Assembly (NCBI RefSeq): GCF_001194135.2
Contig: NC_068981.1
Span: 92,993,114 to 93,057,113 of the forward strand
Source: Octopus bimaculoides
Taxonomy: Eukaryota
Length of the DNA: 64,000 bases
Direction of reading: 5' to 3'
The first letter of the stretch is position 1. Every line of letters begins with the position of its first letter. The notes under the pieces were generated by a model. The model was given only the letters and a program-made list of their open reading frames with translations. It did no database searches and was not told the origin of the DNA. Shown one piece after another: positions 11,753-25,415 of the stretch. The translations under genes were made by a program, and so were the position numbers.

Positions 11753-12972
11753 ACATAGGTAGATAGGTACTCATTTAAAAATATTCATGCAAATATTTAT
11801 ATCCATATATTATATGAATGAATATATCTATTGATGCAAAACTGTGTCAGCGGGAAAGCTAATGAATCTAACAAAAGTACCTTGTGATATTTAATCTTCT
11901 GGTTTACATATATTCCTATGTCACTCGCGTCATTGAAAAGTGCTAGAGAAACGACGATTTGCTCTATGGGAATGTACCACCAGCAAATATATAAAATTCT
12001 ATGATATGAAATTTAAAAAACAAATGCCAACAGAATTGCGTGATTTTGAATTGTGCAACTAAGACATTCAACATCAATTTTAAGACACAATATCTTTCCC
12101 ATTGTAGAAAGGTCCCAATCTCTCGGAAATATATCTTTCAAATAATTCCATAATCAGTCTACTGTCTCAAATGATGAATATTTAAATCCAACGCGAATTT
12201 GTATTTAAAATTTTATGTCTGTAGAACGTCAACACCCGATGACTAGTTATTATTCTACATCATACACATTTATTTACATACATAGTCATACAAAGAGGTA
12301 TACATATTCAAAGACACACGCATATATTAATACAGCCATGTGTGTGTGTGTGTGTATGTACACACATATGTATAAACATTTCTACATGAATATATCTGCG
12401 CATTTGGATTTGTGTGCGTTTGTTTGCTTACAGATGTGTGTGCGTGAGAAGAGCTAATGTATTTTAATTAAAAATAGAATTTTATTAAGATCATTATGGG
12501 ATTACTTCTTCCTTCCCATCATCTCAGAGGAATGGAATTATTAAATAAAACGAAAATTGAAATTGTCTTAATAATAATTTTTTTGTTGTATTTCTTTTAT
12601 TGTCACCATTATTAGCATTTTTCGTTGACGTATTTTGATAGTAACAGATTAAATTTTGAAACAAATATCAATAAGTCCGAGCACACACAAGAATCAATTT
12701 AGTATTCATGTTTATTCGCTTTCTTAACGGTATTTTGCAAATTTTAATTTTGTACGTTATTTACCTTCATCTACACCTCTAGTTCAATAGTTAATTGAGT
12801 TTGCTCAGAGGGTGAATTTATCCAGCTATCATGTTATGAGGTAAAATTAAATTTTTTTATCCTCGTATTGAGCGGGTCAGTTCTTTTATAAATATATGAA
12901 ATCTGTCTTATGCTTTCTTGGTGGGTGGGTAGGATTTGTAATACAAGGTTAATATTTGGATAATATAAGACA

Positions 12973-13150
12973 GTGAGCTGGTAGAATCGATACCGGGGAC
13001 AATGCTTAGTGGGATTTCGTCCGTTTTTGCGTTCTGTGTTCAAATTCCGCCTACGTTGATTTGCCTTTCGTCCTTTCGTGGTCGGTAAAATAAGTACTCG
13101 TCGAGCCCAGAGGTCTATGTAATCGACTATCCTATCCCCCTCCTGGAACA
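12973..13150 (+). mobile_element. SINE family A
   Basis: gtgagctggtagaatcg...ttcaaattccgcc...ggtaaaataagtact...atgtaatcgacta. Confidence 0.8.
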
Positions 13151-16100
13151 TACACATTTATAATATTGGCGATCGAGCTTGTGACAAGTTGTAGCTTGGA
13201 AGGAACGTATTATATCTCATTGCAACTTTGGCCCTCTCCATTAGGCAAACAAGATCACCACCCAAGGCTCCAAAACTTGGAGGTACCAGGAATAAATGTA
13301 TTTTCTTCTCACAATGGCTTTAATATCCATATATATATATNNNNNNNNNNNNNNNNNNNNNNNNNNNNNNNNNNNNNNNNNNNNNNNNNNNNNNNNNNNN
13401 NNNNNNNNNNNNNNNNNNNNNNNNNNNNNNNNNNNNNNNNNNNNNNNNNNNNNNNNNNNNNNNNNNNNNNNNNNNNNNNNNNTATATATATAAATTAAGA
13501 ATTGCTGAAATGATTTAAACAATGCTTGAGTAGTAACAAATGAGTGAATGCCCACCACTTAAATTAGTGTTACAGCATTGTGCACAATATATTATAAGCT
13601 AATTACTACACCTCAAAAACTTCGGCAGTTTTTCGTAACATGGGGACGAGAGCGCTCACCATAGGATAACCCTAATGCACTGGTTTCCCTGTTACTGCTC
13701 CTACATCTGTGTCATTTGAACTCTTGGACGATGATCAGCAATAATTGTCAGTTTTTAACCAAACCACTAAAATATTACAAATATTATTTGTATACTAAAT
13801 TTGTTTTAAAATCTACTTATTCTTATTGACCATCTCAAAGAAAATTTCCAAAGATAAAGAAGATTTATAGAACTTGTGTTTGAATTTGCTTCTTTGTCTT
13901 TCGATCCTATACTTTCCACATACTCAGTCTAAATAATGAACTATATACATTCCCCCAATTAAAGTACTTTTCCTTATGTAGGACACGAATATAATGCTGC
14001 AAATCAATTATTGCTGGTAAACGTAATATTTTCTTGATGTTTTTTTTGCGGAAAAATTAAAATATGATCGTTTTTATTTCATACAGAGAATTATATATAA
14101 TTTTAACGATCATTCAAGTATTGAAGAATAATGCCACCGGGGCCTACTTTGCATTTCAGCCTTTCGCAATCGATATCATGGTTACCAATTGATTACTGGA
14201 TACGATGTAATCGACTAATCGCTACGCTTAAATGAATGGCCTTGTGCGAAACCACTCTATATAACTGATAATTTTTAGTTGAATTTCAGTTGTTTTTTTT
14301 TTTCTCATCTTTTATTAATTTCAATTTCAAATGCGGAATTAATTTTTATTTGCTACAATATCTAGTACGACCTTCAATGTTTAATCTGTTTAAAAATTGT
14401 GTCTAATTTCCGAGTTGAGATCATCTTTTCTCATTGGCAAAATAACTGGCCTTTATGTCTAACCTAAGAACATACATGTTGTTTGAAAGAGAAACTCATT
14501 ACTATAGAAGGTTGATTAATTTTATTAAAGGATTGATACTTTGTACTCCCAATTAATGAGATGCTTATTAAAATCTGATCATCATTCTGGAAAGTATATA
14601 AATCACTGGTACAGAATATGCTCTGATTACTCAAATTTCTGTTTTATTTAGGACTCATCGATTCACTACTTATTTCATTACTACATTAGAATATGTTTTC
14701 TTCATCCGGCAAATACTTGCTGCAATGCACAGTTTGTATTGATGCAAGTAAATGTTCAAACGAAAATCCTATGAAAGGGATTCAAATTTCTGGTTGACGT
14801 TCTGAAGTGAACGTTTTGATATGACATAAAATGAACAGAAATTGGGTAAATGAGTATGTCAAGTTATGTTAGGCTATACTAGTTTACCATATGAAGTTTT
14901 CAGAGAATCGAACGATGCTATCTGTGTGACAGAATAGATCGAAATAGAATATAGTACGATGGAGTTAGCATTGTATATCTTATATCGTACAAATATGACA
15001 AAATGGTAATTGTATAATTTTTTGACAGTTTTTTTTCTGATCGCTTGGTACAATTCACTTATTTCGAACAACACCAAATGCTGGATTCCCGTGATTGGTA
15101 TATAAAAACAATTTTCGAAAATTATACCTATTTTCCAATTGTTTCTTAATGTGAACCTAATGGGAACTGATTACCTCGAATGCAAAGTATTTCTCAAAAT
15201 ATATGCCACTTCTCAATTATCATATATGTTACATCAAAGAACCATGTGCTAGAAAAGCTTAAAATTTGAATAATTTCATCGAAATTTCGTCTAAAGTATG
15301 TTGTACATTACGTACAAATAACACCATTTGTAAGAGAATTAATTTTATTTTGTGTATGAGATTTTATCTTGATTAGACTGAGTAAGTTATCAAAAGAAAA
15401 TCATTCATTCGTTTTCCGTCTAATCCGTAGCCGTAAGGAATGTAGCAAAATAGTTTCTTTCTATTTTACTATCGCTAATAGTAGTAGCAGATTTCAAAAA
15501 GGATAGATAGTTATTGATTTTGTTCCTACTCTCCGATTAATGAAGCTTTCTGTAATCATAACTTTAATTTTCAGTGGACTAGTCAAGATTTTCTCTAAAA
15601 ATCGAAATCTCAAATTTTATTGGTGTACAACGAAGCTAATAGCAGTGATAAAAGCGTAGATATACATATAAATATTTTTGAAGGAAATCACTTTCAATAT
15701 GTTCATAATTTTCAAATACGGGGATGAAGATATGCCTATCAAAGAACATTTCAATGTAATGGAAATTATGATCGAATTTTAGTTTTACTTTCATTTAAGC
15801 TTTTCTTTGGTTTTAAATTTTAAATGAATAAAACATTGATTTTTTTATCCTAAATGTGACAGTGAGACTGAATGATAACTCTTAAAAGTGAAGTTTGAAT
15901 TAAAATTCATATAAAAACAGTCGCATCTTAATATATGTCAATATATATCTATTCAAAGTTTTCATTCTCTAATCTCCATTTACGATAATATTTTAGATCT
16001 GTCATTTAAATCATCCATAGTTGATGAAATAATCTCTGCGTTGGCTATACACCGTCTATATATCAGTGTACAGGTTTACCCTTATCTCCTCTCTTCCATA

Positions 16101-16335
16101 TTAAAAAGATAATATACTGAAAAATGTGGTAGCCCATATTCCTTATATATATGGAATGGACATGGCGAATAAACGTACGAATGTAATTTGCGTTGACCAG
16201 AATTATAATAACCACAATGTTGGATAATATATAGTATTTTGCTACTATATAAAGAAATATGTTTCTGAATGGTTTAATCGCATGTAAGTATTCGTACGCT
16301 ATAAATTTGATTGTGTATGTTGTTCTATATTCTAG

Positions 16336-16371
16336 ACCGAACGCCAGTTCGTCATAGTCACAAATTTACAG
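16336..16371 (+). other. Candidate 36-nt exon of an unidentified host gene
   Basis: Acceptor ttgttctatattctag| and consensus donor CAG|GTAAGT. Open in two frames (TERQFVIVTNLQ or xRTPVRHSHKFT). Confidence 0.35.
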
Positions 16372-18093
16372 GTAAGTAAACTTGAGCAACGTGAAATGAG
16401 GTGTTTTGCTCAAGTAAACAATGTGAAACGAAACCACGACCACACGCACCTGCGTGCAATATACACCCACACACACACATATATCCATATATGTAAATAT
16501 GTATAGGCATGTGTGTGTGTCTGTGTAGGTTTTGTGATGCAAAACAAGTGGAACTGAAAACATGCACCTCTGCCGATTATTTATACAGAAAACTTATACC
16601 TCTATATACAGGCTTGGCCAAAAGTCACCCAACAGTAAATGAAAATTCCATATAACGATAAAAATATGACATTTTAAGATAAAAGGAACTAAATTTTCAG
16701 GATGTACTAGTCTCTATATTCTCTATCGCTATATTGCAATGTTTATTATCAGTTCGAATATGCTTGATTCACGTTCGAACTGGAGAACCAGTTACTCACT
16801 GCGTTTTGTCACGGAGAATATATCACGCTTGCTGACATATGGTGTGTATACACTTAAATCAGCTCGCAGCACCACCTTCCTAGACTGCGAGATGTTAACA
16901 TTTCGGAGTAGTTGCCTCCTAATTGCTTACAGACAAGAAGCAGATGACACTGCGCGGTGAATCAAGAGATTACCTGTCTTATGCTTATCCAGTCACAGTA
17001 CGGTGACTGGCAGCGCTATACGGTGGCTCACAGTAAGTAAATTACGGAAGGGGAGCGTTATCATTTTAATTATTGCTTATAGAAATATATATAAATTTCT
17101 GCATGTATGTGTGAGTGTGCGCGCGTGTGTGTCCGTGTGTGTAGTTGTGTGTGTGTGCACGCGTGCGATGTTGGAATATTGAAACAGGTAAACAGACTCA
17201 GTTTGTGTTTCGTGTCACCACCTGTTATATTTTCCCCCGCTATTTCAGGTTTGGCTATCGAAATACGCATTGAATCTCAAGAATATATTGTTCTCCGTTG
17301 TTTAACATGTCCTTAAGTATATAAATTCATAATGCGAGATATTTGTCTGCTGCTTCTAATAGATCTTGCTCTCGCTAACTTAGAACTTCTTTCCCAGATT
17401 CGGTTTTTCATAGTTATTCTTTATTCGTATTTGTAAATATATTGAAACCTTCCCTTATTTGTTCTCACATGCACATTTGCAACATATGACGGTGTCTGTA
17501 ATGTGATTATATAAGTGAATTTGGAATATGATTATAAAGTGAACTTTGAATGCTTTACTCTGATAACAATGATACTCGTTGGAAGCATGATTAGGATAGG
17601 TTCATGTAACAAATGTACACTGAGTGTGGGCTTTTGTCAGTTACATTTCTTTGATGTTTCTGTTTGGTTTCTGAACGACAGAGCAAGAAAAATTACGTAC
17701 AAGTTTCGAGTACAAAAATAATACTGACCGAAATCGACTTGCATATGCGTCGACGACCAGGAAGAGGAACACACTACACAGACAACAAGGAACTGAAATC
17801 TGTTTTACTATAACTTTACGCTGAGGAAAGTTGTCTGTGTGAATTCAGTATTATTTTTGCCGTAAAATATAAAAACTAGAAATAAGATATTTAGATCTTA
17901 GATAAACAATGGTTTTAAATATTCTCTAGAAATTGTTAATTATATTGTTTTATATATTTTAGAGCAAGATTGTTATATCTCCAGACATTTTCAAAAGAAA
18001 ATTAAATGAAAAGAAAATGTTTTGACGTCATAGAATATCTTTCCTCTATTTAATCGATGATATGATATATACATATGTGTGTGTACGTATATG

Positions 18094-18149
<56 letters not shown>

Positions 18150-18185
18150 AATGTATGTATATATATATGTGTGTGTGTATATATA

Positions 18186-18395
18186 TTCTTTTACTCTTTT
18201 ACTTATTTCAATCATTTGACTGCGGCCATGCTGGAGCACCGCCTTTAGTGGAAAAAACCTACACCAGGACTTATTCTTTGTAAGCCTAGTACGTATTCTA
18301 TTGGCCTCTTTTGCTAAACCCCTAGGCTACGGGGACATAAACACAACAACATCGGTTATCAAGCGATGGTGGTTGGACAAACACAAACACACAAA
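18186..18395 (-). mobile_element. SINE family B, 3' half
   Basis: ttttactcttttactt...tgactgcggccatgctggagcaccgcctttag...catcggttatcaagcgatgg. Confidence 0.85.
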
Positions 18396-18661
18396 CGTAT
18401 ACACGCACACATATATATATATATGTATGTATATAAGTTTCAGTTGCTAATTTATATAAAATGTTACAGACACAATATTTTTGGCACTCAGGTTTCACAA
18501 CAGAATCATTTATCAAATAGAATTGTTTAATCACAAGACAATAAAGAATACATTCTTTATTTAAATATGAATAGCTCTTGTCCTACTTCTACTATAACTG
18601 CAGAAAAAAATTGGCTACGGAACACGATTTCACTTCTGTACACATATAAATACATACATAC

Positions 18662-18672
18662 TGTGTGTGTGT

Positions 18673-18762
<90 letters not shown>
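18662..18762. repeat. (TG)n microsatellite, ~100 bp
   Basis: Direct reading. Confidence 0.95.
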
Positions 18763-18765
<3 letters not shown>

Positions 18766-19092
18766 TGTATGTCTTCGTTATGAGCAATAGATGCAGTATT
18801 AGTTTAAAATAGCAATTTGTATTTCATACTTAAAACATATACTTCCTGAAATTCCTAATTTTCTGTGGTATTCGCACTGAAATAGTGTCGTAACTTGCAA
18901 TTATCCATTGATACCGGGGAATAACAATCTTTATTTAACATCCTATGTCTATAAGTGGTACGATATCAGGAAGAATAACGCAATTAACTATACTTTACAT
19001 GATGCATTGGCTTTGCGTATGATACAATGATTCATATTTTAGACAATTTAACATATGCATTTTTTACTTATTATACATTTTACATTCTTATA

Positions 19093-19363
19093 TTCTTTTA
19101 TTTGTTTCAGTCATTTGACTGCGGCTATGCTGGAGCACTGCCTTTAGTCGAACAAATCGACCCTGTAAACCTTGTACTTATTCTATCTAACTCTTTGACG
19201 AACCGCTAAGTTATAAGACGTAAACCAACAACATCGGTTGTCAAGTGATGGTGGGGGACAAACACAGATACACAAACATATACATACATATATATCTATA
19301 TATATATATATATCTANNNNNNNNNNNNNNNNNNNNNNNNNNNNNNNNNNNNNNNNNNNNNNN

Positions 19364-19408
<45 letters not shown>

Positions 19409-19571
19409 CGACGGGTGTCTTTCAGATTTCGTCTACCAAATCCACTCACAAGGTTTTGGTTGGCCCGAGGCTATATTTGAAGACACTTGAACAAGGTGTC
19501 ACGCAGTGGGACTGAACCCGGAGGCACGTGGCTGGTAAGCAAGCTACATACCACACAGCCACTACTGCGCC
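19093..19571 (-). mobile_element. SINE family B, full length, with internal (TA)n/(GATA)n tract and a gap
   Basis: tRNA-like head on the minus strand: ggcgcagtagtggctgtgtggta...ccgggttcagtcccactgcgtgacaccttgttcaagtgtc. Confidence 0.9.
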
Positions 19572-19606
19572 TATTATACATTTTTCCTTCCAAATGTTTT
19601 TTTTTT

Positions 19607-20950
19607 TGAGCAGACATCATCGGTGACCGTTCAATGGTTGGATTCAATGGAGGTATCCTTGGTCAATTCTGTGAAGTGGGTGGAAATTTTCACGTACGAT
19701 GCTGACTTTCCTGCTAATAGACTGATCTGATTATATCCACAATGAAGCGGCTCAGGGGATGACATGCTGAACTTCTTCAGCTCACTATAGGTCTTAATGG
19801 AATACCATCCTTGTGAATCTTAGGGAGACCGTACATGTATGGTAGTTTACTGTAGTGACTCTACATTTGATGAGTCTGTTCACCAAAGTCCCAACTGCTG
19901 AAGCACTATCGGTGATTAAAAAAAAAAAACTAGTGACAGACACCCATGTAACAGAACTCACTAGTATACCAATAAGAAACTTAATAGAAATGTTGACCTT
20001 CTGTGTAGAAACTACCTGCATCAGTATGAACACTGATATATATATCGACAAAAAGAGGGTTAGCCATTATCACTGATAATAGGTAATATATACATGGAAT
20101 ACTTAGAGAATTTGGCTTTAGGATCAACACCATTAAAACCAACCCTATGGCTGCCATATATTGATGACACCTTTATACTCTGGCCCCACCAGGAAGATAT
20201 CCAAGTGCTATTAATTCGTGTGAACTCAATAAAGCCATCAATACAGATCACAATCGAAAAGGAAAAGAGACAATCAGCTAGCATTCCTGGAGTTATTAAT
20301 AACACGCACCGAGTATGGAGTCAGGACCGCAAGCCGACCTTCACTGGACGATACCTCAACTTCAATTCTCACCATCTATACAGTTTAAAGAGAGGAATTG
20401 CTCAGTGCCTAAAACATCGTACAAAGAATATAAGTAGCAATCGTGATATACACCACATAGAAATGATCAAGCTCAATAACAATCTATTAAGCAACAACTA
20501 CCCCCAAAACATACTATCCACTCCAATTATTAAGAAAAGAGAAGATGAAACCAATAAACTGTCCACAGTCTGTATTCAAGAGTAATACAACACTTCGCAA
20601 ATATCTCCTTCGAGTAAAACCACTGCTAGAAGAAAATATGATGAAAGACTGCGTGTACTCCATCCCATGCAGCTGTGGTAGGTTCTACAAAGGCGAAACA
20701 TGTCGCCCCCTCAAAATAAGGGTAGACGAACATCGCAAAACTGTGACATGAGGAGATATTGATAAATCGGGTATAGCTGATCATGTATGGTAAAATGGAG
20801 ACCACCAACCCTGGTGGGAAAAAGTTAAAATAATAGAGAACACCACTGGAGAATATGAAAACTAAAAGGAGCACATATGCTAGGACACAACAGCCTCAGA
20901 AAGCAGACCGAGTGCAGATACGAATAGCATATGAGAACCGGTATTACGGA
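19607..20950 (+). mobile_element. Penelope-like retroelement (RT + GIY-YIG) with an inverted 5' segment
   Basis: Plus strand: SLFTKVP, YIDD (20157-20168), RKPTFTGRYLNFNSHH, DCVYSIPCSCGRFYKGET..R..EH, SGIADHVW. Minus strand 19608-19855: YMYGLPKIHKDGIPLRPIVS. Confidence 0.9.
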
Positions 20951-22459
20951 AGGATAAGAGAATATTAGATTTATAATCCCTAAAATACACTCCGTAATTG
21001 CCCACGGGCTTATGGTGTAGTGGTTAAGAGCACGAGATACTAACTTCAGTCTCACTGCGTGGCACTCTAGATAGATGTCTTCTACTCTAGCTACATACAC
21101 CTAATACATATGCGTGTGTGTATGTGTGTAAGTGTGCGCGTGTGTGTATTGTTATGTTTTGGATGCTAATTTTTTTTTCCTGTCAAATAAACACATGCGC
21201 TATACATTCGTTCTTCACTCTTTTATTATTGTTCTTATTTTGTCTTATGTCCATTGTCTGCAAATCTTTCGTCACACGTCTATGACTTCTTCATCAATTC
21301 TTCTATCCAAGTGTATTCTCATGTCAGGGAAATAATCCCATATGTGTTTTTATTTATCTAAGCATTATATAGGTTCACTCGCACACAAGTGGGCAAATCT
21401 GTTTATATGCTGTCGAGTACCCGTTCTAGAATACAGGTGTTCTGTCGACCTTGTTGCTATATATTTCTCCTTTCAAACGTTCTCTAACTTCTAATCGTTT
21501 TTCATTTCCTCTTTTTGCTATTTTTCTATTCCGTATATCTCCACTGAAATTCCTTAATTATTTTCACTATCACTTGCATAATTATTTCTTTCTAAACCCA
21601 TTTCCTGTTTAAAATTGGCCGTCTCCCATGTACTATCTATGAGGCTAACTTACTTGTCTTTAACAATATAGAATATTTCAGAAAAATTGATATCATTTTG
21701 TAATCTAGTAACTTGACCAGTTCCCCTTCAAATGATCTCACATTTCAGCAGTATATGTAGAAATTACTCAAACTTCTACGTTCAATATTTTGTTGTTTTT
21801 TTTTCTTTTGATTAATAAATCATATTTTGCTCAGCATTAAGTCTGCTTACTTTCGTTTTCCTCGACTATGTTGTAGTTAGTCAGAATTTACATAAGAGAT
21901 GATATCACATGTTTTAAAACACCATGTACTTTACTTATCTCCTGGCATTTCAGTTCCAGCGTCTCAGAATAGAACACTCAACAAACAAAATTATATGTTA
22001 CGCATTGTTTGTGTGTGTGTGAGTGTGCTCGCGCGCTTTGACTTTTATGTATGTTTCTATGTGCAATATTTTCTGCGTTCATTATTCTGTTATTAAGTAA
22101 TAGATGTGTTTCTATGAATTTAATTTCCTTTGCAAATGTGTTCGATGTGAAATATATGAATATTCGCATTTTCTTATATTAGTATATTCTATGAGTAAAA
22201 ATTCTCCATCATCAATTTAAAATATATGTAGCTCATGTCTACTAAGGTTTATGAACAGTTAGAATATTTTGTTCCTATGAAAATAATCAAATATTTTGGC
22301 TAAATTTTCAACTGCAATGTTTTAATATTCTGATATATTATGTAGTGTCAGTTCTATGCATCATTCGTTGGTGATACGTAATATACGTTGAAGACATATT
22401 TTCATGTATGATTTGTGAATTACATTCAACACTCTGCCATTCTTTTCTGCCATATGTGT

Positions 22460-22835
22460 GTTGGCACTCCGTCGCTTCCGACGTCGAGTGTTCCAATTCA
22501 TCCGATCAACAGAACAGCCTGCTCGTGAAATTAACGTGCAAGTGGCTGAGCACTCCAAAGACACGCGTACCCTCAATGTAGTTCTCGGGGATATTCAGCG
22601 TGATACATTGTGACAAGGCTGGCCCTCTGAATTACAGGCACAACAGAAACAGGAAGAAAGAGTGAGAGAAAGTTATGATGAAAGAGTACAGCAGGGTTCG
22701 CCACCATCCCCTGCCAGAGCCTTGTGGAGCTTTAGGTGTTTTCGCTCAATAAACACTCACAACACCCGGTCTGGTAATCGAAACCGCGATCCTATGATCG
22801 CGAGTCCGCTGCCCCAACCACTGGGCCATTGCGCC
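22460..22835 (-). mobile_element. tRNA-derived SINE family C, full length
   Basis: Head on the minus strand ggcgcaatggcccagtggttggggcagcggactcgcgatcataggatcgcggtttcgattacc; colinear with 44290-44671. Confidence 0.9.
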
Positions 22836-23202
22836 TCCACTTTTCTGCTATATAGAATCATTTTCAGCATAGTGGAATCATTGAAGGTTATATCACAACC
22901 GTGGATTGTAGATAAATGACTACTCACTTTGATCACATCATGTAGTCTCGGGCTTGAAAGCGTGCATCAACTTGAAAAACATATTCTGATATTTTGCTTG
23001 GTTGATCTAATATTTATGACTGTAATTATGTTGACGGAAACTATGAAGGATACCTTCGTTGAAAAAGAAAGGCTTGTCATATAGAGTCTTGCTAGGATTT
23101 CTTTAAGGCCACACGCATTTGTAGAATATTCAGTTATTTGCATATACATTTGTGTAGTGGATAAATATATGAATTTATCACTACATGAAACTATTACATG
23201 AA

Positions 23203-23245
<43 letters not shown>

Positions 23246-25109
23246 GTGTGTGTGTGTATGTGCGTGCTTGTGTGTGTGACGAATAATGGCACGTATTCTT
23301 AATGCGTCCAGGCAAGTTCAGAGACAAAATATGCTAATTGCTGTAACGTAAGTCAAAGGAGGAAAGCTGCTCTCTTTCATGACGATATTGTATTTAACAT
23401 AATCGATTCAAAAGCGCAGAAGGTCCTGGAACGCCGTTCTTTCTATGCGTTGTGTCTAATCAGTCATAAATACCTGGGACTTTTGAGTGGGAACATGTTA
23501 AGTAATACTATAAAGGAATTAGTCTCATAAATTTATTGCGATTTATTTTAAAACTATTCTTTGCCAAGAAATATATAATCTATATGTCTATGCATGAGAT
23601 ATACTTGATGATAACCGACTTAACTTAATATTATCATTTTGTAAACCACATATGTAATTATGGCTTATTCAGAATACAGTTCTGTATTTTAGGCAAAAGT
23701 CCTGTTACTAATCTCCTCTTTCGAAATTGTAGGTAACATTTGCTTTAGACTAAGCTCAATACCTAACTACTGTGCAAGAAACTAGCATCAGTTATATCGA
23801 ATCTTTATCCACAACTTACCATTGAATGTTTACTTGTATAAAAGTTTGTAAAGTCAACAAACAGCAGTTTTTCATTTCATTTTAGTTGACGGTAGTAAAA
23901 TTCTCTCATAATTAGAAATATCCGACAGTCATTCTTCATTTTAAATTACCAAACTTTTGGGGAAAAGTGATAGTAGATTTAATATTCAGTATAGCAGGTA
24001 TTCTTGGACGATAATCTGAAATTACTATATATTATATTAACTCCGTCGGTAATAGTGCATTATATTAGAGTAAGAGTAGCACGAACATTTACTAAGTGCA
24101 CATGAATTTTCCGAAGCATAAAATATCGGCATTATTCTTGCTTACGTTGACAGTCGCTTTCACATAAGGGAATATAAGTATTTGAAGTCAAAGTGTTATA
24201 CATTAATACAAAATTATTATTGATGATCGGAGCGTAAATTGTATTTAGTTCTACACTTTGGATATATATAGTATCTCTGCATGTAAGTGCCTATCAGTGA
24301 AATCATGTGGAGTTCCTCATCGATAACTTTGTTGCTAATTTTCGTATTTCACCCAAACTACAAACAGAAAGTAAATGTTTTTCATTTATACATTAAAAAT
24401 GTTCCAAACAAATCAGTTTATTATTTATAGTTTCTTCATCACGGTACATATAGCACTGTAATGTGCAAAGTCAATTTCTTTTGATATTTGCTTACAGATG
24501 ACGGCTAAAGATTTTTATTGGGTCTTATGTAATTTAATGTGTAATTGTTTTTATATAGCTCCAGGAATTTTGTGTTCGTACGATAAAAGAGAAACCATTT
24601 AAAAATATACGTATATATATTCTAAATTTTAAATAGCTTACACATAGAATATTATTTGAACATCTTTCGAAAAAAAAAACATCACGGAAGGAAATAAATG
24701 CAGGCTATTATAGTAAGATTTATTATATATTATAGGACGGCCAATAGAAAGTTCTTGTATTCTTTTAGAACAAGTAGATTATATCAGCAGCATTATATTA
24801 AAGTTATCAAAGCTCAGAACAATTTATATAAGAGCTCTGTATTATATAGCAACTTGCAGTACTCTAGCGAACTTGTGTTAGTAAACTAAAACAAACTATG
24901 CCTAGTATATTCAAATGTTTGCCTCACACAAACCACGATATTGCAAATGCTAAAGCATTGTTTGCATTATTACTAGTAAGCTAGTATTGTGCTCTATCTC
25001 TGATCATAGAAAGTGTATATTCCGTATCCCTGGCTCATTGCACTAGCTAATCATCCTTCCATTCCTTTCTCACAAAAAAAAACATTTCTCTCACGTGCGT
25101 GCGGCATAA

Positions 25110-25415
25110 CGGGCGTCTATGTTTGTTTTCCTTTGCTTTGATGTATGTCTCCACAGTTCTGTTTTGTTACCGACTTTGACTCTCATTAAATCCAAAGTTT
25201 TATTTTGGTTCGCGGGAGCAACTGTTTTTCGAAGCCTCTTATAGTTGTTAATTGCTCGAAGTAGATGAACAGCAGACAAATAATGAAGGGTCGTTCATTA
25301 TGTTGCTTGTCTTGTTTTCTATTTGCTTCTATCTTTGTTCGCACACCCAAGTTTGCCTTCATATTTCATGTTGTTTTCGTATTTGTTGTTTACGTTTTGT
25401 GACGACATCCTGTAC
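25110..25415 (+). repeat. Diverged copy of family X
   Basis: gtctccac...actttgac...gggagcaact...tgctcgaa...atgaagggt...tcctgtacccata is colinear with the reverse complement of 590-850. Confidence 0.6.

Noticed and set aside
16605-16640. Tc1/mariner-like end tacaggcttggccaaaagtcaccc
   Set aside because: No matching inverted partner or transposase sequence was found nearby.
23312-23355. Possible 36-nt exon ending in AAC|GTAAGT, and a similar donor G|GTGAGT at ~39020
   Set aside because: Weak acceptors and no supporting coding signal; isolated donor motifs are expected by chance in 64 kb.
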